Shown piece by piece: positions 13,313-29,401 of a DNA stretch of 64,000 nucleotides. The notes under the pieces were generated by a model. It was not told the origin of the DNA and ran no database searches. It saw only the letters and a program-made list of their open reading frames with translations. Made by a program: the position numbers and the translations under genes. The DNA is from the human T2T-CHM13v2.0 reference genome, Homo sapiens. How positions within the stretch are numbered: position 1 is the first letter of the stretch; each line of letters opens with the position of its first letter. The stretch lies in assembly GCF_009914755.1 (NCBI RefSeq), contig NC_060936.1. The stretch is one strand, 5' to 3'.

Positions 13313-14970
13313 AAACAAGAACTTGAGAAAAAGGAACTTTTTAAGAGGAGAGAAGAAATCCCCCATTCCCCAAATAGATGGCCTAGATCTGAAGATGTTT
13401 ATTCCAAGGGTAAACTTTTCATTACTAATAAATAGTGTTTACTGAGATCTTATTGCATGCCAGGCACTGAGCTAAACACTCCACATTTAATCCTCCCAAC
13501 AACCCTATGAGGCGAAAATAAACACCAACAAAACAAAGAAACCCCAACAAACATTACAGATTTAAAATCTACAGGTAACAGATAACCCTCCCTCCCTGAC
13601 TCCCCTCTCTGTCTCCCCCAGCCCCACTCTACGCACCCCCTCCCATCCTTTCTCTCTCTCCCTGTTTCATATTTCTGGAAAAGAAAAGAAGAATGGTCAA
13701 AAAGAAGGGAAAAGGGAAAAGAAAAGCCACGGAAATAAAACAGATGGGACAAGAGGAGAGGAGGAAGGAGGGAGGTGATCAAAAGAGAAAGGAGGAGCAT
13801 ATTGAGCATAGTTGGTGCCGTACCATATACTGCCAATAAATTCTCATTTTGAGTACAAAACCTTGCATGGGACTGTTGAAGAAGGCTCAGTCTTTAGGGT
13901 GGAGTTGAGAAAGACAGAGCGGTGTGGTGTGCCAAAACAAACTCCTACTTTCTCATTCTGCTCAAGGTCAGCCTTGACACACTTTCCTCCAATGTGGCAG
14001 GAACACCAGCTACAGAAAAACTGCTTCCGTGAAAACCACTATTTAGGTACTGATATTAGCATCTTGTGCAGGGTAGCCTAGAGTTATGCATTTTCTCCTC
14101 TCAGGAGCCCTCTATATCCATTTGATTTCTGCGATGTACGCCAGCAGGCTTTGGCTCAGTGTTAATGACTTTGTTCTCTTTGAATTCCTGTGAGATTTTA
14201 TTCCCTTTGGTGCCCAGGCGTTGTGTGCCACAGTGATTTCTGCCCAGTAAGACTTCTGCTGTGATAAAAAAGAAACTGCAGGGAAGGCCTGCTGCTTGTC
14301 CTCTGCCGGTTGCTGCTACCCGACACAATTACTCATACTCCCATTCAGAGAATGCGAGAGAGTGATTCTGTTTCCATGGCCTCAGTCCTGAGACTTTACT
14401 CTCTAATAAACTGAGAACACTAAGCCATGTGCTAAGCGCACATCGTCACTACCTGGAAAAGGCACCTTCTGGCTAGAGCCAAGTGGACTAATCATGTCTG
14501 GATAGACAAAAATGTTGTGCTCAGCAACCTAGCTCTCTCTCTTTCCCAATTATGAGACAGACCACCAGAGCTGGTAAACCACGTTACTTGTAGACACCAG
14601 CATTGTTGTTTATGCTATCATTTCAATTATGTTTTGAACTAGGGTTCTGTTGGCTTGCTTGCTTCCCCCGCCCCATCTCCCTCCCTCTATTGAAGGAAGA
14701 AGCCAAGGTAGGAAAATATCTGCTTGAATTGTTCATGAAATGTAAAATTTCTACTTTACCATGGAAAACCAGATTTTAGACACTATTACTCATGCTGGCT
14801 CAGAAACTCAATTTTTAACCTTTCTGACCCCACAGAAATCACAGAAGTATCCCCTTTGCTTCTATATCTTCTACCTGGGGCCCAGATTTGATCTGTGTCA
14901 ATGCCACTCTGAATGCAGGACCTCTTATTGCCTTGGGCCAAGCAAAGGTACAGGAAAAAACTTCAGGCTG

Positions 14971-15712
<742 letters not shown>

Positions 15713-16169
15713 TCAAGGTTTATATAGGAGCCGCAGAAAAACAGTTCTCAAGTCAAAATGAATTCAAAGCTGCTTTAATTAAATGCCTTTTAGCACTGTG
15801 TTGAAACAGATGAAGATTTTGTTACAAAATCAAAAAACAAGTGATTCTCTAGTCTTGTTTTTGTTACCAGCTTCCCACTGACCTACTTTTAAATTGCGTG
15901 AAAAATGTGGCCTTCCCCGCTCCCCCTCCTTCCTGTCCCCTCTCCTCCTGACCTCTGTACCTCTTCTCCCTTCTGGTTCTGTCTTCCATAGGCTCTTTCT
16001 TCTCCTCCCACTTATCTCAGGTAGGGTCTCAAAGCTGGTCTTCATGTTCCCTTCCCCCTTCTCCCTGATGATAAGAACCCTAACCTTGTGTCTTCCCTGT
16101 GTATCTCTAGAAGGGAGATACCCAAATCTCTAGACATGACTTTCATGGGTGTTCCAATCACTTGAATCC

Positions 16170-16602
<433 letters not shown>

Positions 16603-17318
16603 CCTTAAAAGCAGGATTTTCTTCCTGAATATTTACTTGATCCAACATTTCCTCCCTCAGCTACTTCTTTTTCTGAAGCTCTGGCCTTCTTCCCAGCATT
16701 TGCATTTCTGTCAGTGCTTCTGACGCTCTTCCATCTTCCAGAACCTGGAAGCCCCGGCATCCTGTTGACGCCTCCCTCCCCATCTCATCTTAGCCATGCA
16801 GAATGGCGACACCAAGGTCAAAGGAACTGGACATAACTCCTGACTGCATCACTTACCAGCTCTGTGCCCCTGTTCACCTCTGGTCTCTGCCTCAGTGCTG
16901 TCATTTGTAAAACAATGAGAACAATACATTCCTTGAACAGCGTCACTGGAAGCATAAATAAGGCAGCTTCTGAAGGGCCACTGGGCATTGTGCCTAACAA
17001 AACAAATCTGACTTCTTATTTATGTATTTATTCAACACATTTATTGAGCACCTACTGTATGCCAGGCACTGTTCTAGTTCCTGGGGATACATCCGTAAGC
17101 AAGACAGTCAAACACATCTGTCCTCATAGAACTCACATCCCAGTGCAGAAATCTGACAATAAACAAATAAAGAGCTCCTAGGTCAAGTAGTGATAAGGGC
17201 TACAAAGAGAAAACCAGACAGGGTAAGGGGAACAGGGAGTGCCCAGGTGGAGAAGGGCTGCTACTTTAAAACGGTGGCTAAGGGTCACTAATAAGATGAC
17301 ATTCAAGCAGACACTTAA

Positions 17319-17663
<345 letters not shown>

Positions 17664-17689
17664 TAGGCAGATATTTAAGAAGAACAGGC

Positions 17690-17994
<305 letters not shown>

Positions 17995-18719
17995 TCAGGG
18001 ATGGCAGCCTCGTGGAGTGGGGTGGATGCCTAGTAGGGAATGAAGCCAGTGGAAGCGGGATTCCCACACAGGCCTCGTAGATCCGAGCGAGGCGTTCAGC
18101 TTGTCCTCGGAGTGCAATAGGAAAGCTGCCAGACTGCAAAGCGGTACCTGTGAAGAGATTAGACCTCCGGGCAAGGCCAGAGGCAGAAGGGTTAGGGGAA
18201 CATTGCAGTAATCCACACAAGAAGTGACAGTCGCCTGGACCAGGGTGGCAGCAGTAGAGGAGGTGAGAAGTGGACACCTTCCCTTTGAAGTCTCTCCAGT
18301 TTCCCACTGCATTTCCCTCTCACAGCCACAGTCCTGTCCCTGGCCTTCATCACCTTACCCCTGAATTATTGCACTAGCACCCCCACTCCCTCACTGGTGC
18401 TCACGGGACTGCCCGCTGCCCCCGCTCTCCTGTTCTCACCTTCATCACATCATTCCCCTGCTCAGGAAATATGACTGTGCCTTGCCCATCGTCCCCAAGT
18501 CCAAATTCCTCTCCCTGGCTCTCAAAGCCTTCCACTGAGTTCTACACACTCAATGTTCTTCTGACCATAAACCAGTTCCTACCAGTAGTCCAGCACCAAT
18601 TCAGATAGTAACTGGCTTACCTAATGACCAAGAGATCTGCTATTCTATACCCAATTCAAAATTAACTGGATAGTTCTTTTAATTGGGTCATAGAACCAGA
18701 GTTCCATTACAAAAACAAT

Positions 18720-18990
18720 TAACGGTTAACATTGATTAAATGCTTACTAAGTTCCAGACACTAATCTAAGAACTTTACCAACAGCATCCCCTCCAATTGT
18801 ACAACATCCCTATGAAGTGGGTACTATTATTATCCCCAACTTTACAGATGAGGAAACTAAGGCACAGAAAAGTAAATTGCCCAACATCACAAAGGCAGTT
18901 GCGGGGGCGGGGGGGGAAGGAGGAGCTGAGATTTGAATCCAGAAAGTCTACCTCCATCGTCAACACCCTTAACCATGGCACTCCATTGCC
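18720..18990 (-). mobile_element. MIR
   Basis: Core 'tttacagatgaggaaactaaggcacagaaaagtaaattgccc'. Confidence 0.8.
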
Positions 18991-19493
18991 TCCCGTACTT
19001 GGACACGGTGTATCAGGTTTCTTCATGTGAATCATTAAATTCTAAGTTGTGTTTACAGCAAAACTCTCATTACTGCCCCCCAAGCTTTTGCTAAGCATTT
19101 TGTCTTCTTCCTGTCTCTACCATCTCTACCATGTCTTCTACCTATCTCTACCATGCCAAATCCCACCCAGCTCTCAAGGTGTAATTCAACTTCCTGATTT
19201 TCCACAAAACTTCTCTAAATACATGAGACCTCACTGAACCTCCATTCTTCCAGCTATTTGAAATCCACTTCAAATCACTATGTTTGATTTTTTTTTCCAT
19301 GTGTCTTCCCAACTATACTGGATACTGCTTATGTAGAGCAACCATAAATTATGTTTCTTTTTATATCTCTACAGTATGTAAAACAATCCTGAGCCATTCC
19401 GTTCAACAGACATTTTAAAATAAACCCTACAGTGAGCTAGATCCTGTGTGGCTCCCGAAAACACAGTGAAGACAGTACTCAAAAATACTTGTG

Positions 19494-19845
19494 TGCCAGA
19501 TGTGGTGGCTCACATTCGTAAATCCAGCACTTTGGGAGGCTGAGGCGGGAGAATCCCTTGAGGTCAAGAGTTCAAGATCAGCCTGGGCAACATAGAGAGA
19601 CACCCCCGCCATCTCTACAAAAAAAATTTTGAAAAATTAGCTGGGTATAGTGGCACAAGCCTGTAGTCCCAGCTACTGGAGAGGCTGAAGTGGGAGGATC
19701 ACTTGAGCCCAGAAGGTTGAGGCAGCAGTGAGCTATGATCACGTCACTGCATTCCAGCCTGAGCTATGATCATGCCACTGCATTCCAGCCTGTATGACAG
19801 AACAAGACCCTATCTCTAAAAAAAAGAAAAGAAAAGAAAAGAAAA
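19494..19845 (+). mobile_element. AluJ with an internal 31-bp tandem duplication
   Basis: TSD 'aaaaatacttgt'; units at 19729-19759 and 19760-19790. Confidence 0.9.
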
Positions 19846-20415
19846 AATACTTGTAGACCAAATGAGAAGATCCAGGGAAATGCCTGTTGAAACATAATTA
19901 TCTATTTTAATTAACCTTTTTCATATAAATGCCATCAGTGACACTTCAGATACAAACATATGATTTTCATGTCATTTTAATATAAATTCATTGAGCATCT
20001 ACTTTGTGCTTGTTCCAAAAAGGAATGAGACAAAGCCCTGCCGTCAGAGAATCCTCAGTCTGTGTTACCATATGTCTTAGGGCATGGTTGGAGATCAAGA
20101 ATAGAAAAGCCACTAAAATCTACTTAGGTAAAAGAGAACAGAAGGTAAGAGAGAACTGACAGGCCTGCTGTGGGTGATTGGAACAGAAAATGACCAAAGA
20201 TGTTACTTTCTTCATTGCCATGTTATCTCTTCCTCTGCTTCCCTCATTTTACATTTCTCTCTTTCCCCCACCTTTTCTCCCTCCCCATCCAACCCATTCC
20301 CAGATTGCCTTCCTTTGCTCTCCTATTACACCATCCACAGTGGCTTACACTGGCTGGTGCCCTCAGCTTCCAACACGTGCTAGTGACCGTCCAGGTCCAG
20401 CATTACTGTCTGTTA

Positions 20416-20988
<573 letters not shown>

Positions 20989-21511
20989 TCACATTTTGCA
21001 GACTTCACGAATTCATAGAATTTTACAAATTGTAAAGGATTCCAGGAATCATTTGACACAATCCCTACACTTGAGCTCATTGTAAACCAAAGCCTGAGAG
21101 CAAATAAGGGTGGATTCCGTACTCTCTGACTTCTAGTCTACTCCAACATTTACCAAACCAGAGCAGTTTAAGACCACCTTTGACATGTAGGTGACCAAAG
21201 ATAGTCCACACTGCATCATAGCATGTGGATTTGTTTGTCTTTTTTAGTATAATTTCTGTACCTACTAAGAACTTTCACATATATCATCCTATCTAGTCCT
21301 CCCAGCAATCATGACAAGAATTGTTAAGCCTATTTTGCAGATGATAAACTGAGACCTAAAGAAGTCAACAGACTTGCCTACACTTTACAGTTCATATCAG
21401 GCAAAGCCAAGATTTAAACCCATACGATTTCACTTCAGACCTCCCTCTTTCTGCTATGCCATGCTGCCTTCACTCTCTGGGAATCAATGAAATGTCAATT
21501 TGTATTGTTTG

Positions 21512-22249
21512 TAATGTTTTTCTATATGTTATGATGTTTTATTTATTTATTTATTTATTTGAGACAGAGTATTGCTCTGTCACCCAGGCTGGGGTGCAGT
21601 GGCACAATCTAGGCTCACTGCAACCTCTGCCTCCTGGGTTCAAGCGATTCTCCTGCCTCAGCCTCCCAGGTAACTAGGATTACAGGCACTCGGCACCACA
21701 CCCAGCTAATTTTTGTATTTTTAGTAGAGATGGGGTTTTACCGTGCTGACCAGGCTGGTCTGGAACTCCTGACCTCATGGGATCCGCCCGCCTTCGCCTC
21801 CCAAAAAGCTGGGATTACAGGTATGAGCCACCGTGCCTGGCCTGTTATGATGTTTTAACATCTTAAAAATCTAGCTCAGGAGAGACTGCCCCTTTTGGGT
21901 TAGCCAGTTCTTAGAGATAGCAGAGGGCTCATGGAGAATGCCTTTGTTATGAAAACTAACCAGTCCAGAGCCATACCTCCTCTACCAGGAGGCAATATTC
22001 CTCTGCCTTAATCATCCCAGGCTGCATACCAGGAAACTAAAGACTACTCCTATAGCCCAAAGCTTACAGGAATTATTCAAACTAGCCAATTCCAGTTTCC
22101 TCTGCCCTGTCTTCCCCATGAAAACCCCAGTAAAGATGCCTCCTGTTTCCAGACCCTCTGGGGATAATAAACTTTGTTTTCCTGAGCCTCTGATGTGTGG
22201 CCTCTTGTGGCCACACCCCACTGACCATCACATAAGAGAACACAGAACA
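21512..22249 (+). mobile_element. ERVL-class solo LTR (MER74-like) interrupted by an Alu
   Basis: 'gagagactgcccc...ttcttagagatagc...ccagagccatacctcctc...aattattcaaactagccaat'; AATAAA near 22166; ends in CA. Confidence 0.65.
21537..21842 (-). mobile_element. AluS
   Basis: TSD 'tgttatgatgtttta' at 21527-21541 and 21843-21857. Confidence 0.92.
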
Positions 22250-22938
22250 CAATAACAAAAAAAAAAGGATTGGAAAAGCAGACTGAGAAGTTCAGAGGAT
22301 CCTTTAGTAATGTTCAAGGAATTAGCATGTACGATAGAGGAGTGGTCAAACCATAATGCGCTCAGACCGTAAATAAGATATTCTCAATCCCAGCAAGCAT
22401 GGCTTCTGGCACTTCTTTTTGCAGCATTCTTGTCTCCAATGCAGTAAAAGGATCGTGACAGGAACATATTTCAATGCACAGATCAATCCGATTGGTTTGG
22501 AGGGAAAAGCTGGTTCTCATTTAAGATGGTTTAGTAGCAGTGATTCATTCTATCAAAGGCATCACTGCATCTTTGATGCAGACACTATCATCCTAAGCCT
22601 CTTTGCAATCAATCCCAAGATGTATAATTTGTTTAGCCTAGTGAAATTCTTCACAATTCTCTAAACAACTTCAAATGTTTCTGATAACTTGACCCTGCAT
22701 TCCTTGGATCAAAAAGCAGCAAGGCACAAATGTCTGAATCCCAGGCTGGTTCCAAAGAGTAGTACTTCAAAGAACTCTGCACACGGCAATTCCATAGTGT
22801 ACTTTTACTACTTATTGACTTTAGTTTCTTTGCCATGGTAGAGATTTATTATTCTTTAACTTAAAGCTGGACTCAAATCAATTGTATGCTCTGGTTTCAA
22901 GAAGTCCTGATAAGGTCTCCCAACAACACAAGGAGGGA

Positions 22939-23049
22939 TAGGGTGACTAACCTCCATTTATCCAGGCCTGGAAGGATACCAGGAATGTGGGACTTTCAGC
23001 TTTAAAACCAGGAAAGTACTTAGCAAACCAGGACAAGCTGGTCACCCTA
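22939..23049. mobile_element. MER81-like hAT-Blackjack MITE
   Basis: Terminal inverted repeats 'tagggtgac' and 'gtcacccta'; about 110 bp. Confidence 0.78.
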
Positions 23050-24133
23050 GTCTAGAGATTTAAGAAAAAGCAAGTCTTTTGTCTTATTAAACTTTAAGAG
23101 GTGTCTTAGAATTAAATGCTTTGACGATGTAGGATGCTAATGGCCCTTTAATATCTTTAAGCAGCATATTTTCTACAGGTTTGCAGAAAACCCAAAGTAT
23201 AACTGTGTGACAATAAATACAATAGATCAAACAGTGATTCTTAATACCTCCAAATGCAGATGAAATACATCAAGCAAATGAAGAGCAAAACTGACACAGG
23301 CGACAATGATTCATTTCAATATGTAAAGGCCTGGCAGGGACTTCTATATAAAAGCAAGTCTTTAGCAGTCAGCACAAGAGTCTTTGATTCACTGCCACTA
23401 AACGATGGGAAGTGCCAGTTTTAACTCTCCCAATGGTGGGGAGCAGGGGCTTCCGTCCCATTCTCCTGGTTCAAACTCTTACTTCTACCTATGTCCAGCA
23501 GTGTTGGAATGGGCAGCCCAAAATAATGTGCACATTAATTAAATCTTCAATAGGGATGGGCGGGAGGGAGCCTGCTGGGAGCCCAGATTGCTTTCATCCT
23601 TTCTAGGGAATATGAAGAGTTAAGACATTTACCAACCCAGCCTCTAAAAAAAAAAAAAAAAAATCCCTCAAGACTCAGCCTTGCAGTGCTAATTGATGTC
23701 ATTTATAAGGAATCTAATAATGTTGAATAATTTATTTTAAAATGGCAGATGTTGAAAATATAGAGTCATACTAATCTGGGTCTAGCAGAGAATATATTCA
23801 TGATTATCATATAATTTCATGTCAGGATTGAGTTTTTATGTTTCAAACAATCTTCAGGTATCTCATTTTAGTGCTTATATTAAAGTAAATTTAGGAAAAA
23901 GGTAATTTTGAACCAAACTGGTCATTCCTCAAATGTATGCCAACCGCTGTGTTAGGTGGTGGGAGACATGGTGGAGAACAGAGAAATGGTCCTTGCTCTC
24001 ACTGGGTTCCATTCTAGGGGGAAACTCTGACAATAAATAAGTACACAAATATATAAAATAATTATAGATGGTGATTAACAAAAATTAACAGTAAATCTAC
24101 TTTCAGTTTTCCCATCACTCTATCCATAGCTCT

Positions 24134-24471
<338 letters not shown>

Positions 24472-24891
24472 CTATCCATAGCTCTTTGAACCATTCACAA
24501 CAACCTATGAAACCTCAGTTTCATATATGAATACATATATCTTCATGAAGAAGGATGATTTAACATTATATAATTTTCCCACCAGAAGAACTACACTATA
24601 CTCACCTCAGGCTATTAAAAAATTTTCATTACTTTTTTTGTGTTTTACTGAATATTTTTAAATCCCTGGAAACAATTCACATCAAAATGCAAGGCCTCAC
24701 AAATAAGTTCGGTTTCTCGCTATTGCTGAGGCCTCCTTTCCTTGCTAATAAGATTAACACCTGTTCTTTCTGGTTCCTAGAACAAAGAGAAGAATAAGGA
24801 AGAAAATCATGCTCCATCTTTGTAAGTATAACCAGTGCTAGCATAGAGGAGAAGAGGCATGAACGATAAAGCTACTTTAAGAATGCAAAAT

Positions 24892-25187
24892 AGCCCAGGC
24901 TCAGTGGCTCACACCTGTAATCCCAGCACTTTGGGAGGCTGAAGTGGGTGGATCACTTAAGGCCAGGAGTTCAAAACCAGCCTGGGCAATATGGCAAGAC
25001 CCCGTCTCTACTAAAAACACAAAAATTAGTCAGGCATGGTGGCACACACCTATAATCCCAGCTACTCAGGAGGCTGAGGCTCTAGAATCACTTGCACAGG
25101 GGAGATGTAAGTTGCAGTGAGCCAAGATTGTGCCACTGCACTTCAACCTGGTCGACAGAGTGAAACTCTGTCTCAAAAAAAAAAAAA
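24892..25187 (+). mobile_element. Alu (S/J)
   Basis: TSD 'aagaatgcaaaat' at 24879 and 25186. Confidence 0.92.
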
Positions 25188-27959
25188 GAATGCAAAATGG
25201 TCCAATCCTCCTCTCTAGCCAGGAGACTGTTAGTATAGCCACCCTCTCTTCCCCTTGCCTCCACACCTCACCTCCCTCTCTCCTTCTCTGCAGAGTAGCT
25301 GTGGGTTCCCTCCCAGCTTCCCTGTGAGCCTCCTCCTCCAGTAAACCTACTCTTCAAACCAGACTCAAACTCACTCATACCAATGTGTCAGTGTTTGATG
25401 ACAGTAAGGATATTACCATTTTAATAAGGATGAAGGTCTTTAAGAAGTGAAACTCTAAAACTAGGGTCTGCAGCTCCAGCGAGTGATAGTGGGTAGTATA
25501 TATTTAGCAGCCCTAAAGAGATCCTGACCACAGATTCACAGTCTCCTGGTCTAAAAGCCAGCTAGCACATAGGGTGCCGGCTGCTTCAGATGCAACTTCA
25601 TTGCCATACACCGTGGTCATGATTTACTATAAAGTAATGCTGTTTCCAATATATGATGGAGTGGCAGCCGGAGCATCTGCTCAACTGAAAAACAAAAAAA
25701 CAACAACAAAATCGTTGTAGGTACACTCGGTCCATCTTGGGTTATCTTCTTTAATAGTTTTTTAATATATTGAAATGTCCTCCATCTATTGCATTATTCA
25801 AATTTCTGTGTGTGACATTTGTCTCTCCAGCTAGAGCAGGGACTTTCTTCTAAATCAGCACATAGAAAATATTGAGAGATAGTCTCTTGACTATTAAGTA
25901 TAAATTAATCTTTCCGGGACTCATTTCAAATGTTTTGTTCTGAATGCTTTTCACGTTATTATTAATAACAACAGCAATTATGTTTATGGGACATTTGCCA
26001 TGTACCAGGTGCTCTTCCTTAAATTATTCCTCATGCTCACAACAGCCTCCACATTAGTTATTATTACCTCTCTTTCTGTAGTTGAAGAAACTACCCAAGG
26101 TCACACAACTGCAGAGAAACTCTCCGGCGTTTGTCTAGCTCTCTTACAAAAGATGCAAAGGGAGTTTATCATGGTTTTTGCTCCTGAATAGGTATTGGAA
26201 AGGCAGGAAAAATACTGTATGTCTTGGCAATTCTACAAAACATATTACAGCACAAGGTTAAAAGATAGGCAACTTTTAAAGCCTCTGTGTTTTCTGTGGG
26301 ATATTTATGAGTCTGGAGGTGAGTCAAGAATGAAACAGCCAGTTACAGAGTATAAGAACTATAATCAACTCTATGGGACTCAGCAGAAACAGCTTGAACC
26401 AAGGAAAGAGCATTCCACTGTAGACTCACCCTCTCCAGAGCAGGTAATAATAGAGCAACCAATTGGCTGCCAACCACAGGTTTAAAGCATGTGATGTCAG
26501 GACCAGCCCTCCTTGGCAAACTTAATCTTGTTCAAGACTAATTTCTAAGTGTTCCTGCTTTATTGGGTAGTATTATTAACCTGCTTTCATGGGAGGGTTT
26601 CAGAGGAGGCCTGGGGGCGGCTTAAGTATGGTTCTCCATTCTGTTCCTCCCTCCCACTCTCTCTCCAACACGCTGCCTGAACATCAGCCTGAGAATAGTC
26701 CTAACTACCATTTGTAGACTTCACCCCAATCTACAAAGTCTTTTCACATACCTTATTCATATAACCTTGTGAAATTGGTGCTACTAGTAGCCCCTTCCTA
26801 AACAGGAAGATAGCACAGAGAAAAGTTATGACTTACTCCAAATCACACTGCCCAGAGGGATGAGAGCCAGAAGTGGATCCAAGTTTTCTGGGTCTTCTGA
26901 TTCGAAAAGAGACCAAATGAAAGCCTACCAAAGAAAAGGTAGCACGTGGTTATCCTTTGCTCCACCCCACCTCTCTGACATTAGGATTGCAATTAATAAT
27001 AATTTGTTGGATTATAATGGCGTCCTACCATTCACTCTACCCATCTCTAACAAAAACACACCTCAGTCCCACGGAGCTTTCCCTTTAACATCTTCCAGTT
27101 TAATTTCACTCATGGGCATTTATAGAGAGCATTGCTATCCAGCAGTTTCTATTTTCCCCCCTGAGGTTTATAGACAATGCACAAGTATTACTAAATGTTA
27201 GATGCGTACATGAGAGAATAAATCTTCCTACGTGTCCTGTGTATGCCTGAGATTGATTTTCACTGCTTAGTTATGAACTTCCTAGAGGATAGCTTTTATA
27301 AAACACATACATACACTGAGAATTTAGTCTATACGTTATGGGCGATAGTAGCGATTCTTACTATCAAGACAGAAGCTCATTCTCGGTGAAAACAGGTTTC
27401 ATTCACCTGAAGTGAAAAGGAAGAGAAGAATTTGAAATTACTGCAACCACTATCTAGATTGATGGTCAGTTACTCAAGAAACAATTATCCAGTTTGTGGA
27501 TTTCCTCTGTTCCTTCTGCTTATTGTCTGCTTGGCATTTTTCACTATTCATTATCATCTCCTGCAGAGGGTATTAGAGAAAAAGAGGGGAGGTGAGATTC
27601 AAAATAAAATTCCAATAAATTATCATCAAGCACCTACTTTAAGCCAGATGCTGAGATAGGTACTGAGAATCCTAAATGAGTAACCACTGGCCCCTGTGCA
27701 TAGGTTGCTGTCAGAAATGCTGCATTAAAGATATGTATAAAATACTACAAAACTCTGGTAAAAGAGTGATTCACCTGAAAAGGAGGGGAGGAGGTGAAGA
27801 CAACAGGAAAAAAAGTGATACTTCCACTGGAACTTGAAGAAGTTGAAGTCCAGGAGGAAACAGATGAGTGGGGAAGAGAAGATAGGATGAGCGGGGGAAC
27901 AGCAGGAGTGTGGGCAGCGGGGTTCAGAAGTGGGAAGGTTTCACTAAGGGCAGTGCAGG

Positions 27960-28090
27960 TGGTGACCACACATCCTGGTTTGCCTGAGTCAGTCCTAATT
28001 TATGGTCACTATGTCAGCATAATTAATATAGCACCTCCCTTTACTCTCAAAAGTATCCTAGTTTGGGTAATGAATTATATAGCCGTCTCT
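27960..28090. mobile_element. MER94-like hAT-Blackjack MITE
   Basis: 'ggtgaccacacatcctggtttgcctgagtcagtcc...actctcaaaagtatcctagtttgg'. Confidence 0.72.
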
Positions 28091-28259
28091 GTCAATCTGA
28101 GGCACATATGTCATCACTCTCCCCTCCTTTATCCATGGAAGATATTATTAAATTACCATGGTACATTCCTGGCTAGGCCTGGACTTGTCTTCAAAATCCT
28201 ACTGAAAATATCACTTCAGGCAGTATCACAGATTGGAATTGGACCTACATATGTTTTCC

Positions 28260-29075
28260 AAGCTATGGGCCACAGAGGTTGCAAAATGGCAACTCACAGG
28301 CCATATCTGAACTGCATTTGTATTTTATTTGACCTACACAGGATTTTTTACAATTCTGAGTCAGCATTTACTACCATGGGATATAACTCAGAAACTCATA
28401 TATCTAACTTTATTTGAGAAATGGGAAAATCCAGTAACATAAGACCTGTATTCCACGTAGTGGAACAATTGGCTGAAACTAAATAGCAAATATTACCCTT
28501 TTGTCCAATATCTACCTGTTGTTGTCAGCCTCCAAGCTGGTCCCCACTGATCCTCATTTCCTGGTATCCACATTCTTGTATAGTCCCCTCTCATGCTGTA
28601 TCAAGTTTGATATGTTTGGCCAATGGAATGTGACAGAAGTGATGTTATTCCATTTCCCAGGCTAGCTGTCATTCTGCCTTTCTTAGATTACTTGGCTCTG
28701 GAAGAAAACAGCTGACATGTTGTGAGGAGAGGCCCACATGGTGACAAACTGAAGCTTCCAGCAATCACCATGGGAGTGAGTCTTTTTGAAGCAGAACTTC
28801 CAGCTCCATTCTAGTAGTCAAATGATTGAAGCCCCCATCAACATCTTGACTGCAAACTCATGAAAGACCTGAGCCAGAACCATTCAGTTAAGCTGCTCCC
28901 AGATTCCTGACCCTCAGAAACCATATAAGAAATGAGCATTTATTGTTTTAAGCTGCTAAGTTTTGGGGGCAATTTGTTACGCAGCAGTAGCTAACTAATA
29001 CACCAACAAAATTGATTTTCTTATGATCTACTTGCCTCTATCAATTATTTTATCTACCTGGCTCTCAAGACAGTT
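28260..29075. mobile_element. MER103-like fossil split by an MLT1F LTR
   Basis: 'ttgcaaaatggcaactcacaggccatatctg...aatccagtaacataagacctgtattccac' resumes after the LTR. Confidence 0.5.
28517..29002 (+). mobile_element. MLT1F-like MaLR solo LTR
   Basis: 'cagcctccaagctggtcccc...tttgttacgcagcagtagctaactaataca'. Confidence 0.78.
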
Positions 29076-29401
29076 GAGGTTACATCCCAGCTCTACAGAA
29101 AGAAATATTGTTGATGGTTTTAAGCAAGAAAGTGAGAAGGTCAGATCTGGCTTTAGATGTATCACACTGGCATCTGTGAGAAGAAGAAGTAAGAGGGAGG
29201 CTCAAGATCAAGTTTATTTCCTGAAAAACTCATAAGTAGACCTTGCAATATAGCACAAGGGGGATGTGACATAGAACCATGTCTAAGAGACTAAGCTTAG
29301 ACTCTAGGTCAGATAATATAAGTTCAAATCACCATATCACCACTGAAGGATCATATATATTTTAGTAAGTTACTTAGGCTTTTATTTCCTTAACTGAAAC
29401 A

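Noticed and set aside
22270-22860. Possible processed pseudogene or reverse-transcriptase remnant (minus-strand 'IHLGIDCKEA*DDSV')
   Set aside because: Stops are about as frequent as expected by chance in the frames I translated; no poly-A or TSD in the right orientation and no recognisable protein; a tBLASTx search would settle it
25618-25660. SECIS-like ATGA...AAA...TGAT pattern
   Set aside because: Only 8 nt between ATGA and AAA, no helix-2 pairing, and no associated 3' UTR
27794-28417. 207-aa plus-strand ORF
   Set aside because: Crosses L2, MER94-like and MER103-like fossils; GTG start; no domain recognised
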